A DNA stretch of 64,000 bases from Candidatus Latescibacterota bacterium (lineage in GTDB: Bacteria; Latescibacterota; UBA2968; GCA-2709665): contig OZ244937.1 of assembly GCA_965222075.1 (NCBI GenBank), forward strand, positions 2,016,001 to 2,080,000, read 5' to 3'. The notes under the pieces were generated by a model, which did no database searches, was not told the DNA's origin, and saw only the letters and a list, made by a program, of their open reading frames with translations. Below, piece by piece: positions 56,787-64,000 of this stretch. Position numbers and translations under genes: made by a program. The stretch's first letter is position 1. Every line of letters begins with the position of its first letter.

Positions 56787-58346
56787 GGGTGTAGCCTCGT
56801 TTTTACGCTGCGATTCTGTGAATTGTTATAGGTGTGGTTTGCTGCAGGTACCAGTTCCAGAAAGCATCCCATCGTTTCGATTGAACGAGGACTCGTAGGT
56901 TGAGGATCCGCTGGCCGCCTTCTCGAGTCCAGCGCATGCCGCTTCTTTTAAGCCGGTGGCCAACGATGGTCTTGGCAGCGGCCTCCACAGGGCCACTGGC
57001 AATGATCAACCCCAAGGCGTGATAGCGAGCGTATTCCATTTTGTCCCGGTTGTTGCGGAAGTAGCCCAGTTCGACGCTCGCTTGGCGATAGCGTTTTGAT
57101 CCGCTTGGCAGTTTGCGGCGGTGGTAGGATAGGGAGCGGATCAGGCCCTTTATGGCATTGGGTTCATGGCGCAATTTGTGCCGCCAAGATCGGTACCAGC
57201 GATCTGCTTTCGCCGAGGCCTTGCCGAAAAGATGCTCGGCGGCCTTGGACAGGTGGTGCGCTGCGTGATAGAAGTCCAGAATGCGGGTGAACCCGTCGAA
57301 CACACTTTGCTGGTCTACAGTATGCCAGATCGCTCGTTTGCCGTCGGCCAACACGACCCGGTGGTCATAGCTTCCCTGCTGCAAGGCCTTTGCCGTCTGG
57401 TCCACCAAGCCGTTGACCAGGGTCTCCATCTTCGTCTCGGGCATACGCGCGGCATAGCGCACGTCAACGCGTTGGGGCTCTTCCGTCTCCGGATGCAGCG
57501 GCGTCAGGTAGGTGGCGACCATGCCCACACCCGCCTCCTTCCAGGCCGTGGGCGCGCTGTTGGTGTCCCTATCCATCGGTCGTTGGGGTGGACGCCCGCG
57601 CTTGGGCGCTGGTTCCCGCAAGGGCACGGTGACCCCGTCCCAACTCACCACCAGGGTGTCGGCTTGGGCATTTAGGGGCGCCGCCTCTTGCAAGGCCAAC
57701 TCGAGCTGTTGGGTACCGTCCTCGGCACACTGCCCGACGGTGGTCAACAGGTGCTGAATCGCGGTGCGGGAAGGCGGCTCGGGCAGCACTTCAGCCAAGC
57801 TGTCCTCCACTTCGGCCGGGACCAGGCGGGCACTTAGAAACGCCGTCACGCGCTCCAGCGCCGGTACCATGAAACGATTCACCATGCCGCAGCGCTCATC
57901 CAAAGGCACCCGGCTTGCCCCGCCCCGGTCGTGCTGATACAGCCGTCGTGGCATCACAACCTTGCCCCACAGGGTCATCCACTCCTTGTTGACCACTTGC
58001 TTGAATCGGTATACCCGATCCTCACTTACCACCGTCTCGTCCGCGATCTCACAGGCCTGCGCCAGGTGTTGGAACCCAGCCCGACCGATGTCGTCCAAAG
58101 AGGCTCGAAGCTCGTCCATCACCTCGCCGAATGCCTCTGGTCCTGATTGCTCCGACTGCAGGTGTTGCTCCCACTGGAGGACATTTTCTTGCAATTTCGC
58201 TATACAAGCACTCAGATTCTGTGTATCTTCCATCTGGGACCCCCTTCCGGGTTTTGGGCTTAAGTGTATACACCCAAAAATACATTCGTACCCGGATTTG
58301 GGGGCCCTCTTTTTGAAAAAAGCTGCGTAAATCAAAACCTACACCC
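56787..58346 (-). mobile_element. ISKra4/ISLre2-like (Mutator-like) IS, 1560 bp, with 8-bp target duplication TTTCCCTT
   Basis: Imperfect terminal inverted repeats GGGTGTAG...TTTACGC.GC; duplication at 56779-56786 and 58347-58354. Confidence 0.9.
56803..58233 (-). CDS. ISKra4-family DDE transposase
   Basis: SWDG, LADG..IW, LDFYHA, SGPVEAAAK..RLKRSGMRW. Confidence 0.9.
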   Translation of the reverse strand: MEDTQNLSACIAKLQENVLQWEQHLQSEQSGPEAFGEVMDELRASLDDIGRAGFQHLAQACEIADETVVSEDRVYRFKQVVNKEWMTLWGKVVMPRRLYQHDRGGASRVPLDERCGMVNRFMVPALERVTAFLSARLVPAEVEDSLAEVLPEPPSRTAIQHLLTTVGQCAEDGTQQLELALQEAAPLNAQADTLVVSWDGVTVPLREPAPKRGRPPQRPMDRDTNSAPTAWKEAGVGMVATYLTPLHPETEEPQRVDVRYAARMPETKMETLVNGLVDQTAKALQQGSYDHRVVLADGKRAIWHTVDQQSVFDGFTRILDFYHAAHHLSKAAEHLFGKASAKADRWYRSWRHKLRHEPNAIKGLIRSLSYHRRKLPSGSKRYRQASVELGYFRNNRDKMEYARYHALGLIIASGPVEAAAKTIVGHRLKRSGMRWTREGGQRILNLRVLVQSKRWDAFWNWYLQQTTPITIHRIAA

Positions 58347-59370
58347 TTTCCCTTTATGCAGAACGTCCGCTTCAGCCACAGGCAATCGCCCCTGAAAGTG
58401 TACGAGGAAGCCACCTGTTTCCGCAACGAACAGGAAGGAGAGGTGAGCGGCCTCAAGCGGGTGCGAAACTTCATGATAACGGATATGCACGCCGCCTGCG
58501 CCACCCAGGCCGAAGCGCGCGGTGAGTTTGAAATCCTGTGCCTCAAATTCGCCGACCTCATGAACGACATCATTGCAAAAGGGCGCTGGGTTCTCGGCTG
58601 GGAAGGCACCGTGGATTTCTTCGAAGCCAACAGAGCGTGGCTGATCGACATCGGAAAAAAGATGAACGTGCCGGCATTTTTCAAGCTCATGCCGCACATG
58701 AGCCACTACTATGCCATCAAAAACGAATATCAATTCATCACCGAAGACCGGTCCAATATCCAGATCAGCACGGTACAGTGGGACGTAAAGGACGGCGAGC
58801 GATTCAATATCGGCTTTACCGACGGACAGGGCCGCAAGCACCCCTGTCCCGTGATCGTCCACGCGTCCAGTTTTGGAAGCATCGAAAGAACGCTCTGCGC
58901 AATTCTGGAAAATATCGCGGTTGATGTATCCAGAGGCGTTCCACCCCTGTTCCCCCTCTGGCTGGCGCCCACACAGGTGAGAGTCATCCCCGTTGCCGAC
59001 GAACACCTGCCCTTTGCCACGGACATCTGCGACACCCTATCCTCCCGAAACATCCGGGTAGACGTAGACGACCGGGGGGATACCGTGGGCAAAAAGATCC
59101 GGAATGGAGAGAAGGCGTGGATCCCCTACCTGCTGGTCGTCGGGAAAAAAGAACAAACCTCGGGCCGACTGAACATAAGATCGCGCGAGAACAGAGCGCA
59201 GATAGAGATGGGAATTGACGATTTCATACAGATGGTCTGTCAAAAGACCGGGGGAATGCCTTTCCGCCCTCTGCCTGTGCCCCAACGAATAAGCCGGCGA
59301 CCGCTATTTTACGGTTGAGCGAAAAAATGGACGGGCGAATAGCTCACACCTCGCCAAAAAACCATCGCCA

Positions 59371-59430
59371 TAAGGGACAGGCCCCTGTGCCTTGCCCGGA
59401 TTCAGGCACCCACAGGCAGGCGCCCCTGCA
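59371..59430. repeat. Degenerate GTAG-type REP doublet
   Basis: AGGGACAGGCCCCTGTGCCTTGCCC...GGCACCCACAGGCAGGCGCCCCTGC. Confidence 0.45.
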
Positions 59431-59447
59431 AACCGGATGAGGGCCAC

Positions 59448-59572
59448 ATGACCAAATACACCCTGCTATTCTCCCACAGCGTCGGCGGCATCGGCGCCAT
59501 GCGCACGTCCTCTTCTATGCGAAATCACACCGTTTTTACCATCTCTAATACGCAAATAGAAAGGACATGCCA
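59448..59572 (+). promoter_or_regulatory. Putative Met-codon leader and anti-SD hairpin controlling metG
   Basis: Leader ORF from ATG 59448 with Met codons at 59499 and 59517; GCACGTCCTCTTCTATGCG (59503-59521) can pair with CGCAAATAGAAAGGACATGC (59551-59570), covering the metG RBS. Confidence 0.55.
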
Positions 59573-61005
59573 TGAACACCTCCTATGTGTCTACCTCCAT
59601 CCCTTACGTCAACGCCCGCCCCCACATCGGTTTTGCGCTGGAACTCGTGCAGGCCGACGCGGTTGCCCGCTGGTGCCGGCTTCGGGGCGACAACACCTTC
59701 TTCTTGAGCGGAACCGACGAGAACGCGCTCAAAAACGTGCAGGCCGCTGCCCGGGAAGGGCTCACCCCCCGCCGGCTCTGCGACCGGAACGCCGTCGTCT
59801 TCCAGGATCTGATCAAGGGCCTCAACATCTCCACGGACGGCTTCATCCGCTCCTCCGGCGAGGCCCACTTCCGGGGCGCCTCCCGATTCTGGACGGCCTG
59901 CCGGAAGGCGGACATCTTACGCAAGCGCTACCGGGGCCTCTACTGCGTGGGCTGTGAGGACTTCTACCTGGAACGGGACCTGGCGGACGGACGGTGTCCG
60001 GTCCACGGAATCGAACCCGAGACCGTGGAAGAAGAGAACTATTTCTTCCGTCTCTCCGCCTATCAGAAGCCGCTGGAGGGCCTGATCGAATCCGGAAAAC
60101 TCCGCATCCTCCCCGAAACCCGGCGAAACGAAGCCCTCGGATTCATCCGGCAGGGCCTGCAAGACTTCAGCATTTCCCGCATCCGGGAGCGCTCGGGCGG
60201 CTGGGGAGTGCCGGTGCCGGGAGACCCCTCGCAGGTCCTCTACGTCTGGTTCGACGCCCTCACCAACTACCTCACCGGCCTGGGCTACGGATCGGACGGA
60301 GAGCATTTCGAACGCTACTGGCTCAGCAGTCCCAACAAGGTCCATGTGATCGGCAAAGACATCCTCAAATTCCACGCCGTGTACTGGCCGGCCCTGCTGC
60401 TCTCCGCAGGCCTTCCCCTGCCCCGGACCATCTTCGTCCACGGCCACCTGACCGTGGAGGGCCGGAAAATCGGCAAATCGCTCGGCAACGCCGTCAACCC
60501 CTTCCCACTGATCGAGCGATACGGCGCAGACGCTCTCCGGTACTACCTGCTCCGCGCGGTTCCCTCCGGAGCGGACGGGGACGTCTCCGAAGCCCGGCTC
60601 CGGGAAGTCTACACCGCGGACTTGGCCAACGGACTCGGCAACCTGGTGCGGCGGCTCGAAACCCTCTGCGAACGCGCGGATTACGGCGTCCGGGACCCAT
60701 ATCCGCCTGCGCTCCCCGAAGGAGTTGTCGAAGCCGCAGGCAACTTCCAGTTCCACAAGGCCCTCCGGATCCTCTGGGATCGCGTCCGGGACCTCAACCG
60801 GGAAATCGAGTCAACCCGCCCCTGGGACCTCCTGAATCAGGGAGACACGAAACTTCTGAACCGCCACCTCTCGACCTGGATAGCGAACATCCGCGCCATC
60901 GCCCACGGCCTGACGCCCTTTCTCCCGGAAACCGCGCAGAAGATTCAAACGCAATTTTCGCAGGATCGAATCACACGGAGCGACCCCCTGTTTCCACGAT
61001 TGTGA
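59572..61005 (+). CDS. metG: Methionine--tRNA ligase, minimal form without the C-terminal tRNA-binding domain
   Basis: PYVNARPHIGF, GTDEN, YCVGCE..CPVH, YVWFDAL.NY, GKDILKFHAVYWP, KIGKS. Confidence 0.93.
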   Translation: MNTSYVSTSIPYVNARPHIGFALELVQADAVARWCRLRGDNTFFLSGTDENALKNVQAAAREGLTPRRLCDRNAVVFQDLIKGLNISTDGFIRSSGEAHFRGASRFWTACRKADILRKRYRGLYCVGCEDFYLERDLADGRCPVHGIEPETVEEENYFFRLSAYQKPLEGLIESGKLRILPETRRNEALGFIRQGLQDFSISRIRERSGGWGVPVPGDPSQVLYVWFDALTNYLTGLGYGSDGEHFERYWLSSPNKVHVIGKDILKFHAVYWPALLLSAGLPLPRTIFVHGHLTVEGRKIGKSLGNAVNPFPLIERYGADALRYYLLRAVPSGADGDVSEARLREVYTADLANGLGNLVRRLETLCERADYGVRDPYPPALPEGVVEAAGNFQFHKALRILWDRVRDLNREIESTRPWDLLNQGDTKLLNRHLSTWIANIRAIAHGLTPFLPETAQKIQTQFSQDRITRSDPLFPRL

Positions 61006-61144
61006 ATCCCGGTGCCGGAGGGTCATCGCGGGGCTTGAAATCTCTATTGCTCCTTTCCGTCTCTCACCATATATTATCCCATCTTCTCAGACCTGATCTC
61101 TCCTCTGAATACCACACGTCCGTTTCCCAAAGGAGGGCCCTGGC

Positions 61145-62113
61145 GTGGCATACGATCTCCAGATCTTTTCCGGCAACGTCAACACGCTTCTCGCAGATGA
61201 AATCTGTTCTATCCTTGAAATCCAGCGGGGCGCTGCTCAGGTCGGCCGGTTTCCCGGCGGAGAGACAAGCGTACAAATCTGTGAAAATGTCCGCGGGAAA
61301 GACGTTTATATCATCCAGTCCGTCTGCGCCACCGAAGGACTTTCGCCCAACGATGCCCTGATGGAACTCCTCATCCTGATCGACGCTGCCCGGCGGGCCT
61401 CGGCGCGGCGTATTACAGCCGTCCTCCCCTACTACGGCTATGCCCGGCAGGACCGAAAAGACCGTCCCAGGGTGCCCATCACGGCCAAACTGATCGGCAA
61501 CCTGATCGTCACCGCGGGCGCCAGACGCGTTCTTTCTCTGGACCTCCACTCCAACCAGATCCAGGGCTTCTTCGACATCCCGATGGACCACCTCTATTCC
61601 GTCAACATCTTTGGAAAATACCTCCTCGAGAAAAAGCTGGAAAACCTGGTGGCGGTAACACCGGACGTTGGCAACATCAAAATGACCCGGGCCTATGCCG
61701 AACTCCTGGAGGCACCCCTCGCCATCATCGACAAAAGGCGCGTCAGCGATCAGGAAACCGAGGTCATGACCATCATCGGAGACGTGGAAGGGAAGAACGC
61801 GGTCATCATCGACGACCTGATCTCCACGGGCGGATCACTCGTCGAAGCGGCTTCGGCCCTGGAACAAAAAGGCGCCCTCGACATCTGCGCGGCCATCGTC
61901 CATCCCGTGCTGGCCGGCCCGGCGGTCGAGCGCGTGGAAAGCTCCTGCCTCGCCGAACTCGTCGTTTCCAACTCCATCCCCGTGCCGGAAAAGGTCCAGA
62001 ACGGCAAAATTAAAGTCCTCTCGGTGGCCCCCATCCTGGCAGAGGCCATCCGCCGCATCCACAACGATGAGTCGGTCAGCACCCTCTTTGCCGATGCCCA
62101 CGTGGAGGGATAG
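61145..62113 (+). CDS. prs: Ribose-phosphate pyrophosphokinase
   Basis: PYYGYARQDRK, DLHSNQIQGFFDIP, IIDDLISTGGS, LAEAIRRIH. Confidence 0.97.
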   Translation: MAYDLQIFSGNVNTLLADEICSILEIQRGAAQVGRFPGGETSVQICENVRGKDVYIIQSVCATEGLSPNDALMELLILIDAARRASARRITAVLPYYGYARQDRKDRPRVPITAKLIGNLIVTAGARRVLSLDLHSNQIQGFFDIPMDHLYSVNIFGKYLLEKKLENLVAVTPDVGNIKMTRAYAELLEAPLAIIDKRRVSDQETEVMTIIGDVEGKNAVIIDDLISTGGSLVEAASALEQKGALDICAAIVHPVLAGPAVERVESSCLAELVVSNSIPVPEKVQNGKIKVLSVAPILAEAIRRIHNDESVSTLFADAHVEG

Positions 62114-62182
62114 GGCGACAGAAGCGTCCCCAGGCATCGAGATTTTGCCATAGCTGTCGCCAAAATACGAAAGGGTTCACCT

Positions 62183-62968
62183 GTGGTCAATGAAGCGCAG
62201 TGGCAGCAGTTCCAGGAAGAAGGCTACCTTCATCTGGGAAAGGTCAGGGAGGATGGGGAGCTGGAGGCGATGCAGCAACGCATGGACGACATTATGCTGG
62301 GGAAAGCCCCTCTCGACTACGATCGCATGCTCATGCAGCTGGACTACAAATCCGAAACCGACACCAGCCCGGGGCCTCAGACGAAGGGTCACAAAGGGGC
62401 TACCCTGAACTATCGCAAAATCCAGGACCTGGAGTTCGATCCCCTCTTCCTCACGTACATGCAAACCCCTCTCTTCCGGGACATCTGCGCAAAAGCCTAC
62501 GGTCCCGATACGCCGGTCGCCTGCTTTCGGGCCATGTTTATGAACAAACCTGCTCGAAAAGGCAACCATCTGCCATGGCATCAGGACCGGTGGACCGACC
62601 TGGACCGCGACCCCCTGATCACTATCTGGACGGCCCTTGATCCGGCGACCGTTGCCAACGGCTGCGTCAAAATTATCCCCCAATCTCACCGGTGGGGTCT
62701 CATCAATCCGGAAAGCCCATCCGGGTTTCTCAGCCAGGAACAGATCAACGATCTTGCAGCCAGGTCGGAGCCTGCCTACGTAGAGCTGCAGGCGGGCGAA
62801 GTCGCCCTGCTGCACAACTGGCTGCTCCACAGCTCCGAGGTAAATCAGACCGACATCCCCCGGCGTGCGTTCAGTATTTGCTATATGGACGCCGCTACGG
62901 AATCCAGAAGCGGGAAGACCTTTTCCGTTATTTTTGGGGAAGGCGCTCTGGGTCCGGTGGGGGTTTAA
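62183..62968 (+). CDS. Phytanoyl-CoA dioxygenase (PhyH) family protein
   Basis: FQEEGY, PWHQD, WTALD.AT..NGC, LHSSEVN...RRA. Confidence 0.92.
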   Translation: MVNEAQWQQFQEEGYLHLGKVREDGELEAMQQRMDDIMLGKAPLDYDRMLMQLDYKSETDTSPGPQTKGHKGATLNYRKIQDLEFDPLFLTYMQTPLFRDICAKAYGPDTPVACFRAMFMNKPARKGNHLPWHQDRWTDLDRDPLITIWTALDPATVANGCVKIIPQSHRWGLINPESPSGFLSQEQINDLAARSEPAYVELQAGEVALLHNWLLHSSEVNQTDIPRRAFSICYMDAATESRSGKTFSVIFGEGALGPVGV

Positions 62969-63020
62969 ATCGCCCCGCCACCCCCCGTTGTCGCCGAGTC
63001 ACTCCAGTGGCGCTTCCTCT

Positions 63021-64000
63021 TCACCACTGCCGCGAATCCGGCACCGCCATCCACGCCCCGCCTTCTAAAATCGACTTCTGACTGATCAACCCCGGAAGGG
63101 TCATATCCATCGCCTCGTGGATGCCGATCGGACAGGGCGTCCCGTCCACAATACTCCCCACAAAATCGAGTACCTCAAAGTAGTCCCCTCCGCCGTGCCC
63201 GGCCCTCTTCGCCTCCTCTGGTGGACTGCGCCACATCTCGGGCATATACTCCTCTTCCAGGTCCGCCAGGTCCACCCAGGCGTTCTTATCCTCGTGCAGA
63301 TCGGCCAGCCAGATCCTGTGGTGCTCTCCCCGGCTTCGCGCCGACTCGTAACACCCCCTGGTTCCCTGGAGTGAATAATTCGTCATCGCGTGCGGCCGCT
63401 CCGACAGCATATCCACCCGGATCTTGATCAGCCCCCCCGCCGCCGTCTTGGCCAGCATCACACAGGTGTCCTGGTTCTCGTAAAACGCTTCCCTGGGGTC
63501 CACATAGTGGTGCCCGCTCCCCTCGCAGCAGATACGCACCACCCGGTTGTCTCCCATCCACTGCAGAATCGGTCCCAGGCTGTGCGTCCCATACGTAATC
63601 CCGTCGATTCCCGTCTGCCACGTTCGACGCCACTTTGTCATCTCGTTCAACCCCTTCAACTCGTGGATATACTCCCCCTCCGCATAGTAAACCACCCCGA
63701 ACAGCCCCTGCCGGACCAGTTCCTTTACCAGCACATTCGGCTTCATATAGGTAAAATTTTCCGCCATCATATACACCGCCTTCGACCGCTTCACTGCCGC
63801 CACCAGTGCCCGGCACTCCGCCACAGACACCGCCGCCGTTACCTCGCTCAGCACGTGGATATTTTGATCCAGGGCCAGAATCGCCTGCGGCGCGTGAAAG
63901 TGCATCGGCGTCCCGATGACCACCGCATCCACCTCCGATTGCGCCAGCATCTCCCCATAATCCGTGTACCTCTCCACCGCCCCCAGCTTCTCCGCAGCCT
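63021..64000 (-). CDS. Gfo/Idh/MocA family oxidoreductase (5' end beyond the window)
   Basis: VDAVVIGTPMHFH, HVLSEV, MMAEN, YAEGEYIH, GHGGGD. Confidence 0.9.
   Translation of the reverse strand, partial: AAEKLGAVERYTDYGEMLAQSEVDAVVIGTPMHFHAPQAILALDQNIHVLSEVTAAVSVAECRALVAAVKRSKAVYMMAENFTYMKPNVLVKELVRQGLFGVVYYAEGEYIHELKGLNEMTKWRRTWQTGIDGITYGTHSLGPILQWMGDNRVVRICCEGSGHHYVDPREAFYENQDTCVMLAKTAAGGLIKIRVDMLSERPHAMTNYSLQGTRGCYESARSRGEHHRIWLADLHEDKNAWVDLADLEEEYMPEMWRSPPEEAKRAGHGGGDYFEVLDFVGSIVDGTPCPIGIHEAMDMTLPGLISQKSILEGGAWMAVPDSRQW

Larger units (their letters stand above)
55696..59318 (+). pseudogene. thrS: Archaeal-type threonine--tRNA ligase catalytic core (483 aa when joined), interrupted by two IS elements
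   Basis: Segments 55696-55849, 56453-56786 and 58355-59318 join in frame (1452 nt); FRNEQEGEVSGLKRVRNF..TDMH, QISTVQWD, GSIER, PLWLAPTQVRVIP, KAWIPY. Confidence 0.9.

Noticed and set aside
59448-59957. 169-aa ORF as a real protein
   Set aside because: Mostly overlaps metG out of frame; kept only as a possible regulatory leader.

Overview
GC-rich bacterial window, about 45 genes. The gene content (many PhyH dioxygenases, a sulfatase, heparinase-like proteins, aldo/keto reductases, cohesin/dockerin/cadherin/FN3/LRR giant proteins) resembles that of marine-sponge-associated lineages such as Latescibacterota, but this taxonomy is inference only. Four things stand out. (1) A family of tiny 27-33 bp palindromes (CCTGCCTGC-N9-15-GCAGGCAGG). 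Paralog comparison inside the window shows they are insertions, mostly without target duplication. They nest inside each other, add peptides in frame to two proteins and frameshift a third gene. (2) A sigma54-type promoter upstream of a tandem array of giant secreted proteins that share a near-identical ~1000-aa cohesin-dockerin-cadherin-FN3-LRR-polyproline stalk but carry different catalytic tips: a PEP-synthase-like ATP-binding domain and an M8-like zinc protease. (3) An accessory aminoacyl-tRNA synthetase operon: an archaeal-type thrS without editing domain, split by two different IS elements, and a minimal metG. thrS has a Thr-rich leader attenuator; metG has a separate Met-codon leader overlapping an anti-Shine-Dalgarno hairpin. 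(4) Assorted relics: an IS4 fragment, a group II intron D5 remnant and a duplicated sulfatase 3' end. No rRNA, tRNA or CRISPR array was seen. All product calls come from motif recognition by eye, not database searches.
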